IMG/VR virus record: IMGVR_UViG_3300027608_000011
Source: a virus
Taxonomy: Duplodnaviria > Heunggongvirae > Uroviricota > Caudoviricetes
Direction: 5' to 3' (one strand)
Length of the DNA: 64,000 nucleotides
Shown: positions 37,629 to 46,642 of the stretch, piece after piece
Layout of the letters: every line of letters begins with the position of its first letter
How positions within the stretch are numbered: position 1 is the stretch's first letter
Translations under genes and position numbers: made by a program
The notes under the pieces: model-generated
Seen by the model: the letters and a program-made list of their open reading frames with translations, nothing else
What the model was told of the DNA's origin: nothing
The model's database searches: none

Positions 37629-37835
37629 ATGAAGCAAGACTACACCATGTACATCTACAAGACGGACCGTCGTACCAAGACCAGCGAGCGGCTGTACAGT
37701 ACCACAGTTTGGACGGGTAGAGACGAAGCAGGCATGCAGAGAGAAGTTGAAGAACTGCACCTGCATCACTATCCCCGTAGCCAGTTCCGTATGGAATACA
37801 TCGCCTCGATGAAGACTGTTTCGGTTGACAATTAA
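37629..37835 (+). CDS. small early protein (68 aa)
   Basis: SD AAGGA. Confidence 0.45.
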   Translation: MKQDYTMYIYKTDRRTKTSERLYSTTVWTGRDEAGMQREVEELHLHHYPRSQFRMEYIASMKTVSVDN

Positions 37836-37853
37836 TCCAATTAATTGTATAAT
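37825..37853 (+). promoter_or_regulatory. conserved early promoter, copy 6
   Basis: TTGACAATTAATCCAATTAATTGTATAAT. Confidence 0.6.
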
Positions 37854-37885
37854 ATACACATAGACACTAAAAAGGAACGCGAAAA

Positions 37886-38194
37886 ATGAACACTGAACTT
37901 AGTCAATATACTGAAGCAATCAAAGCAGATTACTCCAAATGGAGTGACAAGGCTAACATTAATCCAGCAATGAAACGTGAATTTGAACAAAGTGTGGGTC
38001 TTGACTTTGGCCGCAAATACGTTAAAATTATAGTCAAAGGTTCCGTCCACAGTTTTGTGGTTTTGGAAAACACTAAAAAGTTCGCCAAAGGTGACATCCT
38101 TAAGGCCGCAACATTCAGTAGCCCTAGCACTAATTTTGCACGTGGTAACGTGTTTACACTAGACGAGTCCAAAGTCCAGTGGACAGGCGCTTGA
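37886..38194 (+). CDS. small early protein (102 aa)
   Basis: SD AAAGGAA. Confidence 0.45.
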   Translation: MNTELSQYTEAIKADYSKWSDKANINPAMKREFEQSVGLDFGRKYVKIIVKGSVHSFVVLENTKKFAKGDILKAATFSSPSTNFARGNVFTLDESKVQWTGA

Positions 38195-38219
38195 CATTAA
38201 ATCCAATTAATTGTATAAT
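38191..38219 (+). promoter_or_regulatory. conserved early promoter, copy 7
   Basis: TTGACATTAAATCCAATTAATTGTATAAT. Confidence 0.6.
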
Positions 38220-38246
38220 ACTTGTATTGTAACAAAGGAGCAGACA

Positions 38247-38525
38247 ATGCTAACTATCCAAGAAGTTAACTCAGCAATTATGACACAGTCGTGGACTAAC
38301 ACAGAACTGTCTAGTATGATTGATGCAGTCAAGTGGAACCGCAATGCCCTGGCACGCCAGATCAAACGAAGCATTGGTCGTGGTGACAATGTAGAGTTCA
38401 CATCCAGCAAGACAGGACGTCTGACACGTGGCTTTGTCACCAAGGTTGCTATCAAGTACGTTACAGTAGACACTGGCATGGGCCTGTGGCGTGTTCCTGC
38501 TAACATGCTGACAGTGGTGGCTTAA
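38247..38525 (+). CDS. small early protein (92 aa)
   Basis: SD AAAGGAG then ATG. Confidence 0.45.
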   Translation: MLTIQEVNSAIMTQSWTNTELSSMIDAVKWNRNALARQIKRSIGRGDNVEFTSSKTGRLTRGFVTKVAIKYVTVDTGMGLWRVPANMLTVVA

Positions 38526-38663
38526 ATGAAAGTCGTGTATAACGGTTTGCTGGGCGGATGGTATATTGTGCGAGGCGCACACCAGACACCAATCAGTGGC
38601 CGCTTTGACAGCAAAGAATTAGCTCTTGCACATCTTCGCCGTCGTAATCCATTGCATATCTAA
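38526..38663 (+). CDS. small early protein (45 aa, below ORF cutoff)
   Basis: ATG overlapping upstream TAA. Confidence 0.3.
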   Translation: MKVVYNGLLGGWYIVRGAHQTPISGRFDSKELALAHLRRRNPLHI

Positions 38664-38671
38664 GGAATAAT

Positions 38672-38920
38672 ATGTCAATTCGAATTAACGGTTTGCGCCA
38701 AAAAGAAATTCAGATGTTGAATACCATGTGGGAGTTTCAGGAATTGGAAGACCTCGAAGCATGGCAACAAACGTTGCGCCCCAGCGACTACCGTCTTAGC
38801 AAACAACTCATGAACATGGTTTTAATTGAATCACTGGATCAGCATATGGCCAAAGAAACTAAATTTCCGGATGCAAAGAAAGTGTTGTCTAAGTATATGC
38901 TAAACTCTTCAGGACTATGA
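38672..38920 (+). CDS. small early protein (82 aa)
   Basis: SD AAGGAA. Confidence 0.45.
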   Translation: MSIRINGLRQKEIQMLNTMWEFQELEDLEAWQQTLRPSDYRLSKQLMNMVLIESLDQHMAKETKFPDAKKVLSKYMLNSSGL

Positions 38921-39075
38921 TGTTGTACGATTGGGTTTTGATTCTTGTCCTGACAGCTGGCCCGTTGCCTAATCCAAACGTAGAAGTGATTAGCTATCAT
39001 GCTACTAAACAGGAATGTTTGGCAGTAAAAGGACAAAAGAAGAATTATATTTGTTTACCAATAGATAGGAATTGA
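38917..39075 (+). CDS. small membrane peptide (52 aa)
   Basis: ATGA overlap; hydrophobic helix. Confidence 0.3.
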   Translation: MMLYDWVLILVLTAGPLPNPNVEVISYHATKQECLAVKGQKKNYICLPIDRN

Positions 39076-39076
39076 T

Positions 39077-39394
39077 ATGGGATTTTTTAGTTGGCGATGT
39101 GCGAAATCAGATAAGCCGGTAATGGCCGAGTGCGCTGTTGGAGGCAGTTCGTGGGAGTTTGCCAGTAAGGTGGTAGTGCTGTTTAAAAACGGAGACCGCG
39201 TTTCAGGCACATATGATGGTTATGGGCGGGTAGACGGACTTGAACTAGTTGACCTTCCGGAAGAACGATGGCGAATGGTTATTGAAAAATACTACAACAA
39301 CGAGACGTTTGATCAACTGTCACAAAATAAACATGACAGAGGTCAGGGTTTCTTTTACAATGATGAAGACCTAGTAGAGGAATTTGGAGAATAA
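39077..39394 (+). CDS. small early protein (105 aa)
   Basis: ORF. Confidence 0.45.
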   Translation: MGFFSWRCAKSDKPVMAECAVGGSSWEFASKVVVLFKNGDRVSGTYDGYGRVDGLELVDLPEERWRMVIEKYYNNETFDQLSQNKHDRGQGFFYNDEDLVEEFGE

Positions 39395-39396
39395 TT

Positions 39397-39738
39397 ATGG
39401 GATTAGATATGTATGCGGTTGCCCGCAAAGAAGGCAAAGATCAAGTTGAAATTGCTTACTGGCGTAAGCACCCTAACCTGCATGGTTGGATGGAAAAACT
39501 GGCTGAATCAAAAAATCTAGAGTACGGCACATTCAACGGCGTTGAATTAGAACTGACCTGGGACGACTTAGATGAGTTAGAACTTACTGTTAAAGAAAAG
39601 TTGTTACCCAGTACTGGTGGATTTTTCTTTGGGAATAATGCAGACGAAGAATATTTTAACGACGACTTGCAATTTATTGGCGAAGCACGGTTAAAGATGG
39701 CCGCTGGTTATCAAGTTTTTTATGACAGTTCATGGTGA
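39397..39738 (+). CDS. small early protein (113 aa)
   Basis: ORF. Confidence 0.45.
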   Translation: MGLDMYAVARKEGKDQVEIAYWRKHPNLHGWMEKLAESKNLEYGTFNGVELELTWDDLDELELTVKEKLLPSTGGFFFGNNADEEYFNDDLQFIGEARLKMAAGYQVFYDSSW

Positions 39739-39741
39739 TGT

Positions 39742-39993
39742 ATGAAAGTAGTTAGCATTGATCCCAAAGACAGAGAGATTCAAAAAAATAAACTTGAGCT
39801 ACTAGAAGTACTAGACGAAATGCGAACTCAAATTGAGTCTGGGAACATAGTAGAGTTTGTTGCAGTTAGCATCTGCGAAAATGGAGAATGCCAAATTCAT
39901 GCTAAGGTAGGAGACCTTCCAACAGGAATAGGACTATTTGAAATTGGCAAGCACATGATGATTCAGCAAGAATCATATGATGATATTGAGTAA
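39742..39993 (+). CDS. small early protein (83 aa)
   Basis: ORF. Confidence 0.45.
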   Translation: MKVVSIDPKDREIQKNKLELLEVLDEMRTQIESGNIVEFVAVSICENGECQIHAKVGDLPTGIGLFEIGKHMMIQQESYDDIE

Positions 39994-40183
39994 CCTTAAG
40001 AGAAATAGTATGAACGACCGAATTACATTATTGGCATTGAAGGCAAGTGATCCTAAAACAGGTTGGCTAGATCGTCAAAAGTTCGCCGAATCGATTGTTC
40101 GAGAATGTGCCAATGTTGCCGCTGAACACGATGCATTGGACATTTACGAAGAGATTAGAGAACATTTCGGAGTTGAAGAATGA
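39977..40183 (+). CDS. small protein, GVEE-terminus family member 1
   Basis: ends EEIREHFGVEE; stop overlaps next start. Confidence 0.45.
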   Translation: MMILSNLKRNSMNDRITLLALKASDPKTGWLDRQKFAESIVRECANVAAEHDALDIYEEIREHFGVEE

Positions 40184-40344
40184 ATAAGTCTTTTATCGTT
40201 GTTTGTACTGAGTGTTCCGAAGAACATGAAACTGAAACCGTTAAATTCTTAAATATAGAGGAAGACATTCAAGGTCGTGATATCATGTACTTTGAATGCC
40301 CTGTAACTAACTTGGAGGCTAGAAGTCTGGTCTATGCAAAATGA
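40180..40344 (+). CDS. small Cys-containing protein (54 aa)
   Basis: ATGA overlaps on both sides; CTECS...CPV. Confidence 0.35.
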   Translation: MNKSFIVVCTECSEEHETETVKFLNIEEDIQGRDIMYFECPVTNLEARSLVYAK

Positions 40345-40568
40345 ACGAACGAATTCGAGAACTTGCTGAACAGGCTACATCTATTCAAGGCCCCACTCCT
40401 TACAATCCACTTACCTTTGAAGTGTTTGATAAAGAAAAGTTTGCCGAGTTGATTGTGCAGGAATGTATTGATATTATTGCTCCTTACACTGTTAGAATGA
40501 GCAGACCCGGTGAAGAATACTTACATCCTATCAGCGAGATTAAGAAAAATTTTGGAGTTGAAGAATGA
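40341..40568 (+). CDS. small protein, GVEE-terminus family member 2
   Basis: ends EIKKNFGVEE; also shares KFAEL/SIVQECI block with member 1. Confidence 0.45.
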   Translation: MNERIRELAEQATSIQGPTPYNPLTFEVFDKEKFAELIVQECIDIIAPYTVRMSRPGEEYLHPISEIKKNFGVEE

Positions 40569-40807
40569 ACGATTATGATATGACTATACACACGAATCCC
40601 GATGCAAGAGCCTGGGCTAAATTCTTTACTGAAAAGTATAAAGTATGGTCGGAAGATGGTGTTGAATCTGACTCTGAGGCCTTAATGACTGCATGGTTCG
40701 CCAATGCTATGATGGCGATGCACGATCATTTAGTATTGAAAGGTAATCCAATCAATGGAGATCATGCTCAATATCTTTTAGATAAAGAAAATGGAGTTGA
40801 AGAATGA
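40565..40807 (+). CDS. small protein, GVEE-terminus family member 3
   Basis: ends LDKENGVEE. Confidence 0.45.
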   Translation: MNDYDMTIHTNPDARAWAKFFTEKYKVWSEDGVESDSEALMTAWFANAMMAMHDHLVLKGNPINGDHAQYLLDKENGVEE

Positions 40808-40938
40808 ATGAATTTTTAAAAGAACTTGCAGTTAACGCAGGAGCGCCTAACGAAGTTATTAATGAACTTTGGTTTAATATTTTTTGCCAAAAGTTTGCAC
40901 ATCTATTGATGATTGAAATGGAAGAGGTATCAGAATGA
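40804..40938 (+). CDS. small protein (44 aa)
   Basis: ATGA overlaps. Confidence 0.3.
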   Translation: MNEFLKELAVNAGAPNEVINELWFNIFCQKFAHLLMIEMEEVSE

Positions 40939-41198
40939 CAGGTTATAAATATAAACGTGAAAAAGCCAAGGATATAGACGAGGCCGAACAAGAGAATCAA
41001 ATGAACGAAATTGTAACAGACACTGATCAGGCACTAGCGGACTTCTTTGCCAAGGGAGGCAAAGTGCAGTACATTGCCACAGGCGTTAGTGGAAATCCCG
41101 ATGGTATTAGTTATTCTGCATGGGGTGCTGGCCGTAAAAAATTGCCAGCGATGCCAGCAACGTTGGATCCAGCTGAATCTTCTGAAGATGAATCTTAA
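40935..41198 (+). CDS. small acidic protein (87 aa)
   Basis: ORF. Confidence 0.45.
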   Translation: MTGYKYKREKAKDIDEAEQENQMNEIVTDTDQALADFFAKGGKVQYIATGVSGNPDGISYSAWGAGRKKLPAMPATLDPAESSEDES

Positions 41199-41949
41199 AA
41201 GTAAACTGGCATTAATTTTACTGTTGGTAACAGTAAATTCCCATGCCTTTCTGTTACCAACAAAAGTCGAAGTTAAAGATAGCAGGCTTGGAAAAATAGT
41301 CGAAGTCCCGGTTGAAACTTGGACTAACTGGCGGCCCGGGCCAACTATCATATTGGCACATACTTGTGCAGGTATAATACGTCCTATGGACACTGATTGG
41401 GCCAATACTATTAAGAGTTGGGGTTACAATGTTGTTATACCAGACAGTTTTAATCCACGCGGCGTCAAGGAAACATGTTTACTTCCAAGAACAGTAAGTA
41501 TGACGCAACGAAATGAAGATATCTCAAGTGTGGCAGAATGGGTATGGAAGCAAAGTTGGCACAAAGGACCAATTGGTCTTATTGGTTTTAGTAATGGTGG
41601 TTGGTTAGTATTGGAAGCTAGTAACAGGCCATTGACCAATAAAATTGCGGCAATGGTTGCGTATTATCCATGGTGTGATGTTAAGTTTCATGGTAAACCT
41701 AAAATCCCCGTACAGATACATATAGGCAAACAAGACTCATGGACTCCTGCTGAACAATGCGAACCATTAGGTTCTGTCGTGGAACTTAATATATATGAAA
41801 ATGCTTACCATAGTTTTGACAGGCATGCACCTAGAAGAGTAAGGCCCGGGCACGGTGAAAAACTTCATGTGCTAGAGTATAATCCAATGGCAACTAAATT
41901 GGCGGCCGAGAGGACTAAGGACTTTTTCCAGCATTACTTAAAGGATTAA
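41188..41949 (+). CDS. secreted alpha/beta hydrolase (dienelactone-hydrolase/esterase-like)
   Basis: start moved to MNLKSKLAL signal peptide; nucleophile elbow GFSNGG; downstream Asp/His candidates. Confidence 0.6.
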   Translation: MNLKSKLALILLLVTVNSHAFLLPTKVEVKDSRLGKIVEVPVETWTNWRPGPTIILAHTCAGIIRPMDTDWANTIKSWGYNVVIPDSFNPRGVKETCLLPRTVSMTQRNEDISSVAEWVWKQSWHKGPIGLIGFSNGGWLVLEASNRPLTNKIAAMVAYYPWCDVKFHGKPKIPVQIHIGKQDSWTPAEQCEPLGSVVELNIYENAYHSFDRHAPRRVRPGHGEKLHVLEYNPMATKLAAERTKDFFQHYLKD

Positions 41950-42019
41950 TATCCTTTTGAATAATTGCTTGATCTATATTCTTGAATTATCTCAGAAATA
42001 GTATTAATTAAATTGATTA

Positions 42020-42250
42020 TCACGCCCATGATTTGTTCCTTTTATAATCGTACTCTTTGGTCCAGTGTTCTATATCTCCCACGGATTGTGGATATTTAGA
42101 GACTAGGAATAATTCTAGTTCTGTGCTATAATTAGACTGTGAAAAAAGAGTTTTAACATATGATTTGATTTTGTCTAACATTGTTTTATTCTCCGTAGAA
42201 ACACTTATAGCGTTTCTACTAATATTTATGTTGCACCGCAATAAACCCAA
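42020..42250 (-). CDS. hypothetical protein (76 aa)
   Basis: ORF on opposite strand in an AT-rich intergenic gap. Confidence 0.3.
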   Translation of the reverse strand: MGLLRCNINISRNAISVSTENKTMLDKIKSYVKTLFSQSNYSTELELFLVSKYPQSVGDIEHWTKEYDYKRNKSWA

Positions 42251-42265
42251 AAGAATAGGAAATAT

Positions 42266-42856
42266 ATGAGCTTAGTACCAATTGTAGTCGAACAAACCGC
42301 CAGGGGCGAACGTAGCTACGACATTTATAGTCGCTTACTTAAAGATAGAATTATTCTATTAGAAGGTGAAGTGCATGATCAAATGGCCAATCTTATTGTG
42401 GCCCAATTATTGTTTTTGGAAAGTGAAGAGCCGGCCAAAGACATCACCTTGTTTATAAATAGTCCGGGTGGAGTCGTAACCGCAGGGCTGGCAATTTATG
42501 ATACTATGCAGTATATTAAATGTGATGTTGCTACTATTGTAATGGGACAAGCCTGCTCTATGGGTAGTTTGTTAGCCCAAGCTGGCGCAACAGGTAAACG
42601 TAGTATTTTACCAATGGCCAGGCATATGATTCACCAGCCAAGCGGCGGGGCAAGAGGACAAGCAACTGACATGCAGATTCAAGTTAACGAGATTCTAGAA
42701 ATGAAAAAGAATCTAACAGACATTTATGTATTGCACAATAGCAAACGTAAAACAGTTAAGCAGTTAAGCACTGATATGGAACGAGATTTCTTTATGAGTG
42801 CTTCGCAAAGTGTTGAATACGGCTTGGCCGATCAAGTTATTACAAAAAGGCAATAG
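42266..42856 (+). CDS. clpP: ATP-dependent Clp protease proteolytic subunit
   Basis: 196 aa; colinear with bacterial ClpP including the catalytic Ser block [10 protein letters not shown] and His block HQPSGG. Confidence 0.9.
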   Translation: MSLVPIVVEQTARGERSYDIYSRLLKDRIILLEGEVHDQMANLIVAQLLFLESEEPAKDITLFINSPGGVVTAGLAIYDTMQYIKCDVATIVMGQACSMGSLLAQAGATGKRSILPMARHMIHQPSGGARGQATDMQIQVNEILEMKKNLTDIYVLHNSKRKTVKQLSTDMERDFFMSASQSVEYGLADQVITKRQ

Positions 42857-42857
42857 T

Positions 42858-42965
42858 ATGGATATAATTGGATTTTTAATGTTAGCTGTTTTAGCCGGCG
42901 TGTTAATCTTTGTATTTTGCAAAATACTTGACGTATTATTTAATGATGATGGACCATTTAATTAA
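42858..42965 (+). CDS. small membrane peptide (35 aa)
   Basis: ATG two nt after clpP stop; single TM helix. Confidence 0.3.
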   Translation: MDIIGFLMLAVLAGVLIFVFCKILDVLFNDDGPFN

Positions 42966-42975
42966 GGAGAAAATT

Positions 42976-43683
42976 ATGTTTGGTAACAATTATGCTGATT
43001 ATTCTGTTAGCTACCGTAGCGCAGAACAAATCAATGAATCAATGGGTAGAGTATACTTCTACATGATGCTGGCCGTACTTAATAGTATGATTGTCAGTTA
43101 CTTTGTAGGTACTACACCAGAGCTATTGCAATTCTTTTTTACGGGTATATTGAAATGGGTTGTAATTTTTGCACCTATTGCGGCAGTGTTTGGTGTAATG
43201 TATGTGCTTGCACAGAATCCACCACGTGGTACTTGTCTAGCATTATTGCATGGATTTGCGGCACTAATGGGCCTGAGCTTTGCAATGATTTTTAAAGTGT
43301 ATACTATGGGATCCATTTTTGGAGCATTCATGAGTGCGGCGATCTTGTTTGGTGTAATGAGTGCATATGGATATTTTACCAAACGAAGTTTAGACAGTAT
43401 TGGTAAGTTTATGTTTATCGGATTGATTGCTATCATTATTGCCAGCATTGTTAATATCTTTATTGGTAGTACTGTGATGCAAATGGTTATCAGTGCCCTT
43501 GCAATTATTATCTTCTTGGGACTAACAGCCTACGACACACAACAGATCCGTGAAATGGTCAGTGATGAAAATAGCACTAGTGCCATGGAAGTAAGTGGCG
43601 CCTTAACTTTGTATATGGATTTTATTAATATCTTTATTAATTTGTTACAGCTATTTGGTATTGGTAACAGCAAAGACGACTAA
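42976..43683 (+). CDS. Bax-inhibitor-1/YccA family membrane protein (FtsH modulator family)
   Basis: start at Met after SD TAAGGAG; seven TM helices; C-terminus ALTLYMDFINIFINLLQLFGIGN parallels YccA SLYVSLYNIFVSLLSILGF. Confidence 0.75.
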   Translation: MFGNNYADYSVSYRSAEQINESMGRVYFYMMLAVLNSMIVSYFVGTTPELLQFFFTGILKWVVIFAPIAAVFGVMYVLAQNPPRGTCLALLHGFAALMGLSFAMIFKVYTMGSIFGAFMSAAILFGVMSAYGYFTKRSLDSIGKFMFIGLIAIIIASIVNIFIGSTVMQMVISALAIIIFLGLTAYDTQQIREMVSDENSTSAMEVSGALTLYMDFINIFINLLQLFGIGNSKDD

Positions 43684-44042
43684 TGCAAATATCCGGGTTC
43701 GGTGTTGATATGGTGGAAAGAGAACGTGTTGAACGCATGTTCTCTAGAAATCCAAAACGTTTAATAGACTTTTTATTTTCCGATTTGGAGAAACTAGAAG
43801 TTGACAAACTACAGGGTTCTGCTATAATAACATACATAACAAAACGCATTGCAGTCAAAGAAGCATATTTTAAAGCATTGGGTACAGGGATACAAAACTT
43901 AAGAGATTGGCAAAAAGTTTGGATCGAGCACGACAAATTTGGCGCACCTATTTTAAAAAATGTTCATAATAGAACAGGGATTATATCAATCACGGATACC
44001 AAAACAACAGCATGTGCCGTTGTTATTTTAGAAAAAATTTAA
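43683..44042 (+). CDS. acpS: holo-[acyl-carrier-protein] synthase (4'-phosphopantetheinyl transferase)
   Basis: 119 aa; ISGFGVDMVERERV and AVKEAYFKALGTGI blocks match AcpS LGLGTDIVEIARI / AVKEAAAKAFGTGI. Confidence 0.85.
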   Translation: MQISGFGVDMVERERVERMFSRNPKRLIDFLFSDLEKLEVDKLQGSAIITYITKRIAVKEAYFKALGTGIQNLRDWQKVWIEHDKFGAPILKNVHNRTGIISITDTKTTACAVVILEKI

Positions 44043-44043
44043 A

Positions 44044-44616
44044 ATGAAAATTAGTTTAAGAAAAGCAAGTCAGTTACAAACAAGTATCAATGACATGATC
44101 AAAGGCATCAGTCTTAAAGATTCTGTTGAACTAACAGAGTTCGAAGACGTAGATAAATCACTAGTTAATGCACGACAAGACCTTTTGAATTCTATGCAAC
44201 GAATTCAAAATCTGTACACAGCTCTATATCATATTCGCAATTTGATTGCCCATGCAAATGCAACCAGCGGCATTAACATCAAGCTGGGTGAAATTGCCAT
44301 GTATGATAAACGTATGGGATTGTTTAATCAAATTGGTTCACTGAAACCAATGGGTGACATTGATGTTATCAAAGGCAAATTAGACAAGATTAAGACCCGT
44401 GCGGAACCATCACGTGTTAACCTGTATGGTAGTATAGATACAGTAGATACATCAGTGTTGAAACCAGAAGATGTAGTCGGCTTTAAGCAAGCGGTACTTC
44501 AAGTGAAGAAAGTGAAAACTAAACTTCAGGATGAGGTATTGGAACTAAATGTTAAGACCGAAATTGACCTAAGTGAAGATGCTGAAAAGTTTCTAGCTTC
44601 GGAAGGTCTGGTATAA
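44044..44616 (+). CDS. hypothetical protein (190 aa)
   Basis: ORF. Confidence 0.5.
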   Translation: MKISLRKASQLQTSINDMIKGISLKDSVELTEFEDVDKSLVNARQDLLNSMQRIQNLYTALYHIRNLIAHANATSGINIKLGEIAMYDKRMGLFNQIGSLKPMGDIDVIKGKLDKIKTRAEPSRVNLYGSIDTVDTSVLKPEDVVGFKQAVLQVKKVKTKLQDEVLELNVKTEIDLSEDAEKFLASEGLV

Positions 44617-44873
44617 TTTTTCTGGTAGCTTTTATTTTAAAAAGTTACCCGTAGTCAAAAGAGATGAGAATAAGCACCTAAATAATCACTACGAACGATT
44701 ATTAACTGGCTTCAAAGTCTTAAAAACTTTGGAATACTTATGTGTTCTTGTATGATTTAATCTGTCATTTGTATACAAGAAATTTATAAGTTATGTTTTT
44801 TGTTTTTTTGCCAATTGTTTAATGTCAATTGTCCAGCTTATTACTTACTTTTGTCTACGTTTTTATTTTTGAA

Positions 44874-44899
44874 AATAGCCTATTAAGGGCTATTTTTAT
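44874..44899 (+). terminator. rho-independent terminator
   Basis: ATAGCC-TATTAA-GGGCTAT hairpin followed by TTTTTATTT. Confidence 0.65.
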
Positions 44900-44928
44900 T
44901 TGACAGTTAAATCCATTTAATGTATAAT
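44900..44928 (+). promoter_or_regulatory. conserved early promoter, copy 8 (TTGACAGTTAAATCCATTTAATGTATAAT)
   Basis: same family as copies 1-7. Confidence 0.55.
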
Positions 44929-44934
44929 AGTACT

Positions 44935-45288
44935 ATGACTACAAATGCTTTCATTCTAAGTTGGGATTGTACAGGGCTTGAAGCCGCAGTCCCTATTACT
45001 CAATATGAGCAATTGGATCACCAAAATTTGCTTAATGTTATAGCAGGCAAGCCAGAAGAAGAAAATCCCGTAGGCAACATTTTGTTTAGACTGAAAATTA
45101 GGGCCCAGTTCAATAGTCAAAGATTTTACGAAATATATGCAATAGACTGTGAAGAAGAGCTAACCCAAGATGATTGGCATAGTATGTTTAAAGATGCACC
45201 ACAGGCCATGGCCGAGTTAATCCGGGAAAGAGGAATTAAGATTTTTTGTAATCGTCGTAGTAGTAACCAACAAGTAGTAATATCATGA
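44935..45288 (+). CDS. hypothetical protein (117 aa), possibly leaderless
   Basis: first plausible ATG lies 7 nt after the -10 hexamer; the tracked start 44920 is inside the -10. Confidence 0.4.
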   Translation: MTTNAFILSWDCTGLEAAVPITQYEQLDHQNLLNVIAGKPEEENPVGNILFRLKIRAQFNSQRFYEIYAIDCEEELTQDDWHSMFKDAPQAMAELIRERGIKIFCNRRSSNQQVVIS

Positions 45289-46109
45289 GAGTTAATTTAG
45301 TTAGTGACCTGCATTTGAATTTTGCAGATTTAGTATTGCCGGGTGGCGATGTATTAGTAATGGCAGGCGACATTATGGAAGCGGGACATCTTAGGAGAGC
45401 CGACAACGCTAAAAAAGATACGTTCCTTGCTGATAGGTATAGGCGCTTTATTAGCGAAGAATTATCCAAGTACAATAAGGTAGTTTATATTTGTGGTAAC
45501 CACGAGCACTATAACAATGAGTGGGAAGACACTCACATTCGTTTAAAAGCTGAATTGCCAGACCATGTTAGTTTGTTGGAATCCGAAAGTGTACGTATCG
45601 GTGATGTTGACTTTTTTGCAGGAACAATGTGGACTGACTGCAATAAAGGTGATCCGTTAACTATGCGTGTTCTTGCACACAATATGAACGATTATCATAC
45701 TATTAAATTTAAAGATGGCGTTCAAGTAAACACTACCTACGGCGGTAGCTACTGGACTAGTAAATTGCAACCCGTTCACACAAAAGAAGTATTTCATAAA
45801 ACAGTAAATGATCTTAAAACTTTTCTTAATGGAAAAGAAAAGGTTGTAGTTGTAAGTCATCATGGACCTACTCATATGAGTATTGATGAATTTTATAAAG
45901 ATGATTTTCACATGAACGGAGGTTACGTCAGTGACCTTAGTGACCTTATACTAGACAATCCTCAGATAAAATACTGGTTGCATGGACATACACATCAGCA
46001 AGTAGATTATATGGTAGGTGAAACTCGTGTATTGTGTAATGCTCGCGGCTATCACGGGCATGAGCGTAGTTCGATTAACTATGATGCCAATTTTGGCTTT
46101 GATATCTAA
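45285..46109 (+). CDS. calcineurin-like metallophosphoesterase
   Basis: SDLHLNF, AGDIME and CGNHEHY motifs (D-x-H / GD / GNHE). Confidence 0.8.
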   Translation: MRVNLVSDLHLNFADLVLPGGDVLVMAGDIMEAGHLRRADNAKKDTFLADRYRRFISEELSKYNKVVYICGNHEHYNNEWEDTHIRLKAELPDHVSLLESESVRIGDVDFFAGTMWTDCNKGDPLTMRVLAHNMNDYHTIKFKDGVQVNTTYGGSYWTSKLQPVHTKEVFHKTVNDLKTFLNGKEKVVVVSHHGPTHMSIDEFYKDDFHMNGGYVSDLSDLILDNPQIKYWLHGHTHQQVDYMVGETRVLCNARGYHGHERSSINYDANFGFDI

Positions 46110-46120
46110 AAGGAAATAAA

Positions 46121-46642
46121 ATGATTACATTAGCAGAATATTTTGAAATTACCAAATATCGTATTACCGAAGGCGATACATATGGTTGGCAATGTTACGG
46201 CCCAGATGCTTATCAGTTAAGTGCATGGAACGGGGTTCATGGCAAGGGAGGCTGGAGCACTAATATTATATTTTGTACAAAAACTCAAAAAGTGTTTGAA
46301 GTTGAAGTGTGCGATTATACCAATGACCGTGCGTATCGTTTAATTAATCCTGATTTCAAAGAGGATCATGACAACGAATCAGATGCTCGTGGGGAACTCG
46401 GCAACCAAGCGTGGGATGAAGTTAACTACACTGACTTAGAAACAGACGACGACTTTATGCAAAAGTGCTTGTCTATCGTAGAAGGCGAAGTATATGACAC
46501 CCGTGTTGAAGTCCCATTGGATCTAGACAAAGAAACAATGTTTGAACTTATGAAGATGGCCCATGGGAATGATCTGACTCTTAATCAACAGGTTGAAGAA
46601 ATACTGATGAGATGTATAAATGAAAAAGAAAATTTTATCTGA
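46121..46642 (+). CDS. hypothetical acidic protein (173 aa)
   Basis: ORF. Confidence 0.5.
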   Translation: MITLAEYFEITKYRITEGDTYGWQCYGPDAYQLSAWNGVHGKGGWSTNIIFCTKTQKVFEVEVCDYTNDRAYRLINPDFKEDHDNESDARGELGNQAWDEVNYTDLETDDDFMQKCLSIVEGEVYDTRVEVPLDLDKETMFELMKMAHGNDLTLNQQVEEILMRCINEKENFI

